NCBI GenBank assembly: GCA_051362555.1
Contig: CM120640.1
Coordinates: 70,286,788-70,350,787 of the forward strand
DNA: 64,000 bases
Direction of reading: 5' to 3'
DNA from: Lingula anatina
Lineage: Eukaryota; Animalia; Brachiopoda
The notes under the pieces are model-generated. The model had not been told where the DNA came from. It saw only the letters and a program-made list of their open reading frames with translations, and searched no databases. Numbering within the stretch: the stretch's first letter is position 1; each line of letters opens with the position of its first letter. This document shows positions 1 to 12,300 of this stretch, in pieces. Position numbers and translations under genes: made by a program.

Positions 1-579
1 TGTCTCAAGGAAAAAACAACTGCAAAGCACTGCGTCTCCAGTTACCGTAGAGATATATCGCACAGTGCTCACTCCAAAATAAGTGAGTGAATTGTTTAGA
101 TTTAGCTTTTTCTTCTTATGTCCCCTTTCATTTGAGAGGGCACGGAAAGACAAGGCAAAGACACTTGTCTGCTTTGGACAGTTTTAGTTACCTCTAAGAG
201 TTTTAATAGTGTAAGATCCAATATATGCAGGGCTCTTGTTTCAATGTGTATTACATGTAACAACAAGTTAGTAGCTCAGAAAGAACATCTTTTTTGTAAT
301 TCAAATGTATAATACTCTAATTCACATGGTGTCGTAACCTTATCTCCAGTACTTGTTTATGTCTTAAACAACTTCTCATGGTCCCATTCAACATGTCTTA
401 AGGACAGTGGGATCAAATAAGAGACTGCGAGATCTTCATTAGCACATTGTAATACGATATTTATCAGATATGCAATATGTCCGCTGTTACAGTGTAACAA
501 AGGCTTCTCCGATTCTTGGAAGTAACACTTAATTAAAAAAAAATCTTTTCCTCAGTATTCACGAAATAGTTATTTCTTA

Positions 580-796
580 GGGTGCATTCCCAGAGATTTA
601 GATCGATCCAGAGATTTAGATTTAGATCGACCTGGGGCTTCACGCTAAATTGCACTCAGCCGATCGCGCACCATAGTTAATTACCCCCTTACAGCTTTTA
701 GTAGGCGGGACAGACGCTTAAGCCGACTAAGCTGACAGTAATCTAGTGAGACTCCCCACAAGGATAGATCGATCTAAAATCTATGGGAATGGGGTC
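580..796. mobile_element. MITE family A copy 1 (PIF/Harbinger-Tourist-like)
   Basis: Imperfect TIRs gggtgcattcccagagatttagatcgatc / gatcgatctaaaatctatgggaatggggtc, TTA on both flanks; homologous copies at 25161-25371 and 61377-61815. Confidence 0.8.
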
Positions 797-1161
797 TTAT
801 ATTAAATCGGCTACTGCGCGTATTTTTATGCTGATACACCTCAATGTAGTGATTATCGTCGCAGACTTAAAAGAAACATTTGTGTAGAATATACAAATCA
901 GTTATTTAAAATATTCACCAGATATCCTTGGAGTCCCTATTCATCGTGAATTTAGAGGTTTGAATTAGAACCAAACGCTGATAGAGCTAAGTAACTGACG
1001 AATGCCTGTCGTCGTAATGTCTAATGCAGTATATTGTCACAGTGCCGTGTACTAGAGCTTCAGAGGGGTTTTCACTCGATTTTCCAGATATTGATTAATC
1101 GTCTTCTTGTTATTGTGAGTGTTATTGTGAGTGTGTGTTTTTGCACTGGTATGTCGACTTA

Positions 1162-1385
1162 GACTCCGTTCACATGAAAAATCTATTTTCTAAAAATCTA
1201 TTTTCTATTCGCGGTATCTTGTGATCACTCCGAGCGCAGCCGAGAATTAATAACAGGCTTGGAAGTAACTGGCTCGCGCTGCCAGTAATTACGCCGCGGG
1301 GTATTCAGGGCACAGACTGTGATCACAAGATACCGCGAATAGAAAATAGATTTTTAGAAAATAGACTTGTCATGTGAACGGAGCC
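1162..1385. mobile_element. Palindromic MITE family B copy 1
   Basis: About 65-bp near-perfect TIRs (gactccgttcacatgaaaaatctattttc...gtgatcac / reverse complement), TA on both flanks. Confidence 0.8.
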
Positions 1386-1404
1386 TAATACCATTGGCAC
1401 TCTA

Positions 1405-1639
1405 GGGCTGCGTTCACATGGAGAATCTATTTTCTAAAAATCTAAATATCTATTTTCGGTATCTTGTGATCACGGTCTGTGCCCTGGATACCCCGCGGCG
1501 TAATTACTGGCAGCACCGAGAATTAATTACAGCTTTGGTTATTACGCTGTGGGGTATTCAGGACACAGACCGTGATCACAAGATACCGAAAATAGATTTT
1601 TAGATTGTTAGAAAATAGATTTTTCATATGAACGGTCCC
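1405..1639. mobile_element. Palindromic MITE family B copy 2, 19 bp from copy 1
   Basis: gggctgcgttcacatg ... catatgaacggtccc ends; same internal gtatcttgtgatcac arms; TA flanks. Confidence 0.8.
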
Positions 1640-2222
1640 TAGGTCTTAAAATCGCCGAATATGCCGATAGGATGTAAACTTTATTATAGACAAAAATAAA
1701 ATACTTCTTGTTTCAACAATATTTCTTTTTAAATACATTTATAGCGATCAAAATTAAAAAATTTGCCAGGGAAAGCCCGTTTTTACACAGTGCCACAGTG
1801 CCAAGTGGAGCCGATATTGTATTTAAAGAGAAAAAGCGTCAAGAACGCTATCATGGTCACGACAATGTTTCGTCTGATATTCGCGTAAGTTTAAAGTAAG
1901 TATTTGTTCAGAACTTTCGAACAACATCTTACATACAATCAAAACGCTTCAAAATTGGCTTATCTTAACTTCCATGTGATGCAAACAAACCTAACTTTCA
2001 GATTGAAGGTATCCACACAGAGAAAGATAAATTGAAAAGAAATGAAGGAACCCCGAAACCTTGTTAATTCTGTGTCGGATCAAATGAAACGAAACATTCA
2101 AAGATCCATATACGTATGTATGAAACGTCAACGACTTACCTTGCTTACATTGGAACTTTACACTATTTCGTGCATATTACATTTTTAATTAAAGTTGGAT
2201 CATAGTTGAATCTTAAACGTAC

Positions 2223-2385
2223 CTTGAGTTAGGTCCTGGTATGGGAGGTTGTCTACGTCTTCATCGCCGAAGGAATCTGCGTAAAGCGTGGAAAAACTGC
2301 CTGCTTTGGTTGCCAATATTTGGCAGGAAAACAAGGCAACAAGTGCGGCAATTGCCACTCGACCGCTGGAGGTGCCCATTGCCAT
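2223..2385 (-). CDS. First coding exon of an unrecognised secreted protein (continues toward or beyond the left edge)
   Basis: MAMGTSSGRVAIAALVALFSCQILATKA reads as a signal peptide, followed by acidic GSFSTLYADSFGDEDVDNLPYQDLTQ; ends at CAAG|GTACGT donor (phase 1); GC-richer than flanks; TATA/Inr-like motifs just upstream. Downstream exons not identified. Confidence 0.6.
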
Positions 2386-2410
2386 GTATCACGTTGACCA
2401 GCTTGCTAAT

Positions 2411-2438
2411 ACTGAGCGATCAGCTCCTACTTTATATA
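2411..2438 (-). promoter_or_regulatory. TATA box plus Inr-like element of the secreted-protein gene
   Basis: Minus strand TATATAAA (2438-2431) about 25 nt upstream of TCAGT (2415-2411), which lies about 26 nt before the ATG at 2385. Confidence 0.5.
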
Positions 2439-3483
2439 CCTATACCGTAGTGCCAGAAACAGCAACACCAGTTCATAGGCTGGCCAAGAGCAACGCAACC
2501 CTCATATCATTATCCATAACGACCAGATAACACGTGCCCTATTATTTATGCAGTATTTTGAGGGCATGGACAAAATTACGTAATTTTGTCCATGGGGAGT
2601 GTCACACACATTGAAAGATTATTTCATAGATTTTTTCTTATCTTTTTACATATCTTTTTTACATTTTACATATCATATGTATATTCTTATATGATGAAAT
2701 GGTCAATTCTGTTTACAGATGGCCAAGTGAAATTTCCGGTGATAAACACATCGATAACCGATAGCAGTTTTTATTCTAAGGTGTCATTTATACCCGTCAC
2801 CCATAACTTAATATTCCTAATAGGGAGAAGGTAGCAATCGATTTGGAAGATAACTTCATCACTGCTTCAGTTTAAATTGCCAAAAGTGGTGCAGTAATTG
2901 ACAAAAGTATAAAGAATAAACTTATAGCTGAGATATTTGGTAGCATTTTTAAGCCGATGTTATGCGGTCGTGTTTACAAAAGCCCCTGGAGAATTTGTGT
3001 AATGTTAAGATATTAAAATCAAAAGGGAGCAATTTAAGGAAAATCGTGCGCACCAACTTCCGCACAGCTCTATCTTTGCCACTGTCGTTTTTCTGCTAAA
3101 AGCCCAGGTACATATATAGTAGAGATTTTCAAGATAACGAAAATACACTTTCACCCGAAATACCCTCATGTGACGTTTTCAGGAAAATGACCACAACTTT
3201 TCTGAAGACAAATAACGTCCATTAAAAGGTTCCTGAAGTGTTTTTGAGTATGGAAGCTGTAGGCGTCAAACCCCAATCCTTGGTCTTTTTAATCTTAACC
3301 AACTGATGGATATTTTTAAGTAAAACGGCAACAAAATGTACCGAAAATACCAAAACAATTGCGTCGTTCCTTTAACAACAGCAATTTACAATTCCTGGTG
3401 GTGTGTCTCCATAAACAGGGAGACTGAGATAAGCCAGGACATGACAATGCCTACTTGGAAACAATTTGCTTTTCAAACGCTAA

Positions 3484-3739
3484 GGGCTCATTCTCAACGA
3501 AAATATCGTTCTACGTAGACCAATCCAACTCCTTGGGGACTCTGGCTGAATGCAATCAGATTAACAGATTAACAGTTTAACATGCCTCCTCCTGGCGTTG
3601 AGTAGAATGCAGGGAAGCTGGTGATTATACGAATACGTTGGAAACAAGAGGAGGCGTGTTAAACTGATTGCATTCAGCGACAGTACCCTCAGAGTTGGAG
3701 CGATAAACGGAGATCGATAGTTTCATAGGAAACGAGCCC
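3484..3739. mobile_element. Palindromic MITE, Harbinger/Tourist-like
   Basis: TAA|gggctc ... gagccc|TAA; internal inverted arms ccaactc..gctgaatgcaatcag / ctgattgcattcagc..gagttgg and catgcctcctc / gaggaggcgtg. Confidence 0.75.
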
Positions 3740-4352
3740 TAAAAACTGAGTCAGTGCAAAATAGGCGGGGCAGACATCTGGGTATACATCCAGGGATTTA
3801 CTTACTGTTGAATCAGAGCCTTTCCGCCCAGGAAGAGCATTAAGTCAACAGGGACTCTTGAGGTCTCTGCTAATGACTTGTCAAAGGCTATGCCATTACC
3901 GTGAGCCTCGCTCTCCCCCGCAATTCCCCTTGTTCCTGTGGTGGGTGACTCACATAGCAACATGTTTGGCTTGAAAAATATATCACATAATAAGACTCGG
4001 TTGCTGAATGTTGGATAACATGTCGATAGTTTTAAATAAATTGAAATCATTCAAAGGCCATAAATGACTTACTGACTCTTTTTTTAATAGAAATGAACGC
4101 ATAATGTTATGACTATAGATACTGTTGGGAAATAAAACAAACGGAAAACACCTACAATTTAAAAGGGGGCATTTTTTTCAAGGCTCAAATCTGTTTATTT
4201 TCCTTGCATATAGCAAAGGTTAAGAACTAACCTCCCAAAGGTATGTTACAGCCTTTCCAAGTAATAGAATTAAACGGGTTCGGTACGTTAGGATTTAGAT
4301 AACGCTTAAATAAACATTGCAATGTTATACGATAATGCTGTTGCATCAAAAA

Positions 4353-4669
4353 CAGGCCTACCCAACAACCAGACTCGGCACCGAATGATCCTGAATTCAC
4401 CGGTAAATCGGACCACACTACCCGTTTTCAAGGTGTGTATCAGTACGCATTTCACAGTATCAGACGCGACACAGCTCTTGCCTAGTACGCGATGTGATAG
4501 CGACGATTCTCAGCGGGGTTGAAAAGGATTGCATCACCACTCAAAATTTGTTCAGGGTATGATACCGTGTAATGAGATCTGACACACACCTTGAAAACTG
4601 GTAGTATGGTTTGATCTACCGGTGAATTCAGGATCATTCGGTGCCGAGTCTGGTAGTTGGGTAGGCCTG
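4353..4669. mobile_element. Non-autonomous DNA transposon family C copy 1 (long TIRs, 5-bp TSD, hAT5-like)
   Basis: About 110-bp TIRs starting CAGGCCTACCCAAC; flanks aaaaa/aaaaa; second copy at 32404-33022. Confidence 0.8.
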
Positions 4670-6043
4670 AAAAATACCCGGCGGATTTGCTTATTCGAGC
4701 TGATGACGTAACAGCAGCGTTTTTGGGATAAAAATATAATATCATTTTTAAATAGATCTTCCTTACCGGGCAGCCGTCAACACCGTTTTGCCGTTTTTTT
4801 TTTCCAACACAAGGATTACTAAAATCCGGTGCCAGTCAATTTTCTTGAAAGTCTTACTTCCGATTTTATCAGTAAAGAGGCGATATGATGCCTTTGTTCA
4901 ATGGAACATCTTAATTTGGGGCTCATGTTTCTTAAACAAATAGATTTGAAACCAAACGCTAGCACCGGGCTGTAGTTTACACCCTTGTTGTCAACCATGC
5001 CAATTTTCATGATATCTTAAATGTACTTACTACCGGAGTTACGGCGAGAAACCGGTCGCTATTTCTCACCAATTTACAAAGCAGCAACATTGACAGTTCA
5101 GAAACGAGTGGGGGCGATGAATGCAGCAACAGAAAAGGAATTTTGTGCTCTAAAAAACTTTTTAGGGGGGGGATATTTGGCCAAATACAGACCTTTGGCG
5201 AAATCCGAAGTCCCAGCTCAAAAATTGCTGGTGTGCCTTCAATCTCAACAATGGGTTTCAAATCAAACCCATTATTCTATGAGTGATAAAACAGTGTACT
5301 GATAATCTAACAGTGTAAGAATTGGTACTGCAGTTTGAAGTACATGTAGTTGCAGTTAGCACATTAAGCAGTATCTGGTAAGTAGTATTAATGTATTTCA
5401 ATGTAGTGATCGTCACACAGTCAGTAAAGGGAGAGGTCGCTTGGTAAAAGTGTAACCGCTCACTCTTCAAATGACAAATTAATGAATAAAAAAAACGGGG
5501 TTAAAATGCGTTTACATGTATTTAAAGGTGTTTTTAGATAGGAACTCGATGGAGGGAAGTGCTTGAAAAATGTTGTGTAAACTAGAAATTTCCACTAATC
5601 AAAATTCCTGCATTCAAATTACGTAAGTGTGCCTGATCATCACTTTTCATAAGCCTGATCAAAGCAACGTTTACCTAACTATACCAATTAACGCGCAGTC
5701 GAGATGCAGTATGTAGCCATGTATCAGTAAAAAAAGGGCAAGCAAGAAATGGGTTTCAAAAACAGAAAAAATTAACGTCTTTAAAATTGAAATAATCATA
5801 TTTTTTGCTTTAATGAAGTATTGACAGGAAACTATTAGTGGCCGGGGATCACTTTTCATTTTGCCTAGCTTCCGAGAACTTAGGCCTTCACAGACCAATT
5901 ATTCTGATAGGTTCTCTAAATGAGAATCCTCTGTGGGCAGAAACCGCTGTCATGTGCTCATTAAAAAGATTTGACTTTTTCAAGAAAAACGACAATTATT
6001 TACACAGGTTTAATTTATTCCCTGGAGACAACTGTGAATAAGC

Positions 6044-6368
6044 CACCCTTAGCAAAATGAAAAGTTTGCAGCTATATTGCAGCAAAATTGCAGCAACTAG
6101 TTTGCAGGAGTTTGCAAGAAAAAATTGTATTGCTGCTAATTTGCAACAAACTTGCAATAACAACTTATGTTTGCAGTAGGTTTGCAAGAAAAGTATTTAT
6201 GTTCTGGCAAATTTGTAACAAATTAGCAGCAAATTTGCAAGAACATATTAAGTTTGCAGTAAATTTGCAAGAAACTATTCAAGAATTTCACGCACCACCC
6301 TTTTTGTAGCAAATTTGCAATGAATTTGCCAGATAGCTTGCAGCATGCCTGATATTTTGGCAAGGGTA
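6044..6368. mobile_element. Non-autonomous element with internal palindromic sub-repeats (EnSpm/CMC-like)
   Basis: Ends cacccttagcaaaat / attttggcaagggta; interior made of many gcaaatttgc / tttgcaa variants. Confidence 0.6.
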
Positions 6369-6863
6369 GTTATACGGTTGCATGTTTTAATAGAACTGAC
6401 GATTAATATGGAATTTTCCAAATCATTTTTTCTGTGATTTTTTCCCTATTTTTCTGATTAATAAAAAAACAAAGACTTAATACTGCTTTCATACAATTAA
6501 AATACCTTTTTTGTGCCATTGTGAATAATAAAAAGGTTATCCGTTGTGAGCGAACGATTTTAGATTGTCATTTATTCTGGAGACTTTCTTAAGAGGCGAG
6601 TTCAATTTCCACCTGGTCTAAGGGGCAATCACTTTGCATAGGATATACGTAAGCTGTCTCTATGTATAGCATTTTAGATAGGGTGTCTTGCGTGCCGACA
6701 GAGTCACATAAAGGCATTGACAGTTTTTTTCACATGAATTAGTCCCAATCTTCAGTTTGTGGTCATCACGCAGTCATATCAGTGGCCAATTACTAAGTGA
6801 CCCATTGATGCTATCACGAGCGAGAGACACATGTATGCACGGTTGCATGCACGGTTGTCACAG

Positions 6864-6918
6864 CTGTGTGTTGTGTGTGTGTGTGTGTGGGGGGGGGGGG
6901 GGGGCGAGGGAGGGGGGT
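6864..6918. repeat. (GT)n microsatellite followed by poly-G
   Basis: Seen directly. Confidence 0.9.
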
Positions 6919-7007
6919 TGTCACAGCGGTAGGGGGCTGGGCATTCTATCACGTCGATCCGATATTCAAATGTACCGGAAGACGTCAGGCCACCTACGTG
7001 CAGCCTG

Positions 7008-7205
7008 GCTAGTTATGTGATCTCCACCTGTCACTTGGCCACGCCCCGTTGCCGCAGAGCTAGGTATGTGATCTCCACCTGTCACTTGACCACGCCCCAT
7101 TGCCGCAGAGCTAGTTATGTGATCTCCACCTGTCACTTGACCACGCCCCATTGCCGCAAAGCTAAGTATGTGATCTCCACCGTCACTTGGCCACGCCCCC
7201 ATTGC
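7008..7205. repeat. 51-bp minisatellite, about 4 copies
   Basis: Unit gctagttatgtgatctccacctgtcacttggccacgccccattgccgcaga at 7008, 7059, 7110 and 7161 (last copy partial). Confidence 0.95.
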
Positions 7206-8119
7206 CTGGAATAATCCTTGCGTCAAGACAAGAAGATAAGTGGGAAAGCTGCTACATAGCCTCCCTCCTGTCTATATTTGCTCTAAGCATTTCGAAACCG
7301 TTTTTCCACCCATTGGACCTAGATGTTAAAGTCAGTCCAATCCGCCGGACCAAGTTTTGTCACCCATACCTATAACTAATGGCACCATGCTTCAGGAATT
7401 GACAGCTGGAATGCAAGGAGAAAACCACATTGGGCAGTATTTATCTCCCCCTCCTGTCGCAATTTGAGGCTGCTATTAAACATGTCTATCTTGTGAACTC
7501 TAAACCGACCAACTAGGCAAATGTGTGATTTTCTGTATTGTGCTTTTTTTCTAAGTTGCCTTATTACTGGCGACTGCATAAAATTAGAATTAATCGAAAT
7601 TAATTAAAATTAATAAAAAAGAATAAAAGAATCTGAAATAGCTCGACAACTTGAATTTGTAATCTAGTAGTACTACTATACCTGGACAGAAAGAAAGACC
7701 AATGAAAAAGTGTTACAACTTGCAGGAGTACAACTCACACAGATTAAAATAACCAGAAAAAGTCAAAGAGAGAAAAATGTAAAATGTCAAACATCATGTT
7801 TATTGACTCCATTACGCCAACGTGGGCTGCAGGTGAATTTCCTAAAGAGGCTCACCATTTGTAATCAGAAATATTTCACGGAAAAGTACATGATGAGAGA
7901 CCCACATGGCATTCCTGTTCTAAATTATTCCATAAATAATTGTGCCTCATGTCTAATGATATATTATTTTGCCTAATGATCAATTTTATTGCTAAAAATA
8001 ATGGAATATTTCGTAAAGTTTAGATATAATTATTATTTTCAAGTTAACTGTGATTAGTGTCACGAAAACTTTTCTATATCTGGATGTGCCTGTGGGATCA
8101 CTGAAAGTAGCATCTCAGC

Positions 8120-8807
8120 TGATATCTCATTCCATCTTCAAGAACTGACTTTGGGGTTAACTCCAGGCTTTATCATGACTGCACACTTGCTCACACCTCT
8201 CGCCTGGCAAGTGTTTGTTGACGAAACACAATGGTCTAAGGATGGAACCACCATCTTTGAGCCCTGATATTAAACTTACTAATCAACTGTGACATGAATT
8301 GGAGTGTGCAATGCAAAGGGGAACCAACCCTATAAAAACGTGGACCAACTCCCCCAACTTGTTTAAGAAGAATGGGACAATATCCCACAAAACAGAATTG
8401 TAACCCGTGTTGAAGGCTTGTCGCGCCGTCTACAGGAGATAATTGCAGTGCGCGGTAGACGCACGAGCTGTTAGGCACGTGATTTTTAACGAGCACACCC
8501 TAATACTAAATGTGTGTGAAATTGGTAACATTTAATGGCGTCTTTTCAATTTTATAGACATTTCTTTACATCTGTAGAAGTCACAGTGAAACAGTCGATT
8601 TGAGGGGGTACCTCTTATAAATTTTACTAAATGGTATAAAATATATATTTTTTCATCACTATTTTGTATTTTTTAAACCATTAATCATGTTAGACACGGT
8701 ATCCGTAATAAAAAGCATTATTTCTAACAATTTACAGCTGTAAGGTGATCATTTGTAATTAAAAGCACATGGAAATGAGGGTGGGACAACCTTTTTGACC
8801 AATGTTG
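8120..8807 (+). mobile_element. Decayed Tc1-family transposon, 3' part (transposase pseudogene plus right end)
   Basis: Degenerate Tc1 motifs across frames: LYHDCTLAHTSR (cf. FQQDNAPxH), PSLSPDIKLTNQL (cf. WPSQSPDLNPIENLW), WDNIPQNRIVTRVEGLSRRLQEIIAVRG; terminus ...ctttttgaccaatgttg|TA. Confidence 0.75.
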
Positions 8808-8907
8808 TATATATAAGAATATAATAAGTATATAAGAATGTGACAGTTGATTACAATACGAAACACTATTTGATTAAAATGATCTCATGTAAATGATTTT
8901 AAGCAAT

Positions 8908-9380
8908 TATCATCATCATCATCATCATTCAGAGCCTAATGTGTTCCACTATGGGACAAAGACCTCAGCATGCTTCTTCCAGTGTATTCCGTCTTGGGCT
9001 TCACACTTTGCTTTATTCCAGTACTCGTATAACCCATCCCTCCATTTTTTATGAGGCTTCCCTTGTTTCCTATGTCCATATCTTGGTGTCCATTCTGTCA
9101 GCCTTATTGTCCACCTGTCATCTTTGATTCTACTGATACATGTATGTCCTGCCCATCTCCATTTCATTTCATTATAAGCAGCATATCCTTCACTTTGGTC
9201 TGTTCTCTTATCCACTTCATGGTCATCCTATCCCTTCCCTGATGTTTGACATACTTCTTTCCATCTTTCTCTGTGCTTCTTGTAGCTTTTGCCACATGGG
9301 TGCATTCATTGTGCATGTCTCTGAACCATAGGTGACAGCTGGCAATACACATGCTTTGAACACTTTCCTTCTCAGACAGG
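8908..9380 (-). mobile_element. RTE-clade LINE 3' fragment
   Basis: KWRWAGH..R..DDRWT..LTEWTPR..RKQGKP.K.WRD matches the RTE ORF2 C-terminus; (ATG)n microsatellite tail at 8908-8928. Confidence 0.85.
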
Positions 9381-12300
9381 CAGGGAGAAACAATAAGTTG
9401 CTGATAAGTAAAAAAAATTAAAAAATTCTAGTTAAGTTGTGAAAAGTCTTTCTTTTATTAAAAGATTTTTATATATTTGTGACCAAAGCAATGATAGATA
9501 GACTCCCTTTGACATGCCATGAGCGTAATGGATTTTTCTTTGTTGCAATAGGTACCAAACAATGTATCTGATTTGGCTACAATGTGGCATAGATTACATC
9601 TAAATTCCCCATATATGGAGACACAATGTGACAAAGTGAACCTCGTCCTCTGTTGCTCTGTGATCATACAACTTTCATAATCTTCCATCAGGTTCAGAGG
9701 TGGATTTGAGCTTATTATGCCGATCAGTTTCCATCCGAAGGTTATGTGGCCTTGTTCGAAATTTAATGAAATTATTACATTTATTTTCTCTATCCTTCAA
9801 GTTATCTAGTTAATTTTTTGTTGAGCTTGCTTTTAAATTGCCAATACATCCTCTACTTAGCATTTCTAGAGCTTATGCTATGGTGTCATGACTTTATATT
9901 CTTCATGGCCTTATTAGCCGCCCCTTAAAGGTACACATAAGATAATGTTTGCCCCAAAATTCATATTTAACGAATTATTCCGAGGTAAACGACGGCACCT
10001 TCCCGCGATTTACCAATCTATAATTTTCCTTTCCTGGCATTCACCAAAACGCTGTACATAACAATTTTAGAAAAAGCACTTAATCAAAACCCACGCTTAA
10101 GCTAAACAAGAAGCAATCCATGCACCAAGAATGCGTTTTAAATCCTATCCTTTGTGCCTGTTAATACCTCTGGTAAGTTTTCTCTGTCTTTTGCGTTAAT
10201 CAGATGATTCAAAGCGCCCTCACTCCATGATACGGATGATAGAAGTTCCGAGTTCCGCTGCTGCATCAAACTGTTCGGATCGTGAGTACATAGCATAGTA
10301 CATTCAAAGTGGCCAACCAACGCAATCACCTATGACTATGCTTCCTTTCAACTGCAGCCAATTTATAGCCATCATCTGCTGTCCACCTGCCGACATCTTA
10401 ATTTGGGTAAGGCACAAGTCAAATGGACTTCCTAAGGGGCTTTGTGTCAAAACTAAAACGTAACAGGCAACAGGAGTTTCTGTTCTTGTATTTTTATTTT
10501 TAGGTTTACATTTCTGACAAAATTTCTGCACTAATAATATAAGATATTGCTTTTTGTACTGTCAGCTAGCTGCATTTTTTATAATGGCTCTGTACAACGT
10601 TATACCTGCAGGCAATAAATCAAAGAACAAAACCAGTGCTGATCAAATTTAAAAGTAAGTAAAACGTTTCCGCAGCTGAAAGTTTTCGAATTGTGACAGT
10701 AACGTATGTTCCATTTTTTGAGACAGACGATGAATTATTTTTTATTCTCCGTGGTTCCTGGAGAGTGACATCTTGATAGTAACTCGCCATGTCAAACCCT
10801 TAAATTATCAAACGTTTTTTTTAATCCATATATTTTTAAGAGCTTGCCTGTGACATTATTAGCTCCTCTATGTTTTGTATGGGTGTATAATGAGATATTG
10901 TTAACAGAAATTTTCCCCCTCAGAGGGCTCTGTAGTTCGCTTCAAAATTGAATAAAATTACCTCACTCAATTTTGTACCTTCACCCCTCCTCCCCCCCTA
11001 AAAAATGCAGTTAGTATCTCGCAGCTCAACTGGGAACACCCTCTGAGACATGTTTGCTGATAAAACACCACGCTCTATGCGTGTGTATGGTGTGTATATA
11101 TACTGTATAATGCATATTTGTGAAAAAAAAATGGCCGAGGTTTTTGAAATGTGGCAGCAGGGTTTGATTTTCCGCATATTGTTTCCGTCTTGTGTATGAC
11201 AACTGCCTTATTTACTTGTAAAACGGGAAAAGTCGATCAAGGATGTCAAAACAACCAAGTTTAATGAATATGGTTGTGTGACCTTTTCAGAATGTTTTCA
11301 GGGCTAGTTCATACAGTGTAGACGACAAATATAAATGCTACTCAGCAGGAAACAGACATCTAAATAAATATTAAAACAAGTAACAGTCACACGTAAAGTA
11401 CAAATCCCTTTATTTGTTAAAAAGGGAGATAGGAATTGAAAGATTTAGGAATTGTTAGGACTTGTGGAACAGAGATAAGGTTAAGTATTAAAACCAGTAA
11501 CAGTCACATGTAAAGTACATGTATTAAGGTTCCATGATACACCGATTGTTAGCATCAAAGCCTCAGAACAATTGGCTTGGCTAGTTCTGGGATTTGGGAC
11601 TCAATAATGGTACAGTTACGTGGTTCATGTTGACTCCCATAAGGTCAATGATCACAAAATGTTGATAATAGCGTTATTGGAGACTCTAATGGTTTTGATC
11701 TCTTAAGATTCTTTCTCTAGACAAATATTGAGTTTTAGACATTTTGGCATTTTATAGACTACCGTTTGTGAAGTTGACAATATTTAGACATTGATTATTG
11801 CTCATGAATAGCATAGGGTCATCATCAGACATTCGCCGAGGTGCCAAAACTGTCCATAACCTTCTGATTACCCTCCAGTAAGAAATCAATACAATTCTGC
11901 CTTGCCGACATATCTGACAAATTATTTCCGAGCGGAATGTTCTTTCTGCAGGCAACATGCAGGTCACGTTTCAATTGTCTGGTTTTCAACACGAAAAGTG
12001 CATATTTAATTCAGTTAATAGAAAAAGGGGTTGGCTATCCGGAGGTTGCTGTGTTTTTGATTGTGCAGAGTAGTTTGTTTGGAAGAATATGTTTTTTGTT
12101 GTCGACTGAAACATTTACAGTGCTTTTATGTATAATTTATACTTCTGAAATAATTTTTGCACCACGAATAAAAAATAGTGCGTCTTTTACTGTCAGCATG
12201 CAGCATTTTTTTCCTTATATACAAAACAATATTTAGTGACAAACTAAAAGCGCGCAAAATAACAATCGCTCTATAACAGAAGATTATCATGTATTTTACA

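Noticed and set aside
1418-1603. 61-aa ORF, and similar ORFs at 4322-4745, 6088-6309 and 52206-52457
   Set aside because: They lie within palindromic non-autonomous transposons.
5007-5302. Overlapping 84-93 aa ORFs
   Set aside because: No recognisable motifs or convincing splice sites; probably decayed repeat sequence.
7008-7205. CRISPR-like array
   Set aside because: Contiguous tandem units without unique spacers, eukaryotic context, no cas genes.
6966-7226. ORFs with 17-aa repeats on both strands
   Set aside because: By-product of a 51-bp minisatellite; no convincing splice context or protein family signal.
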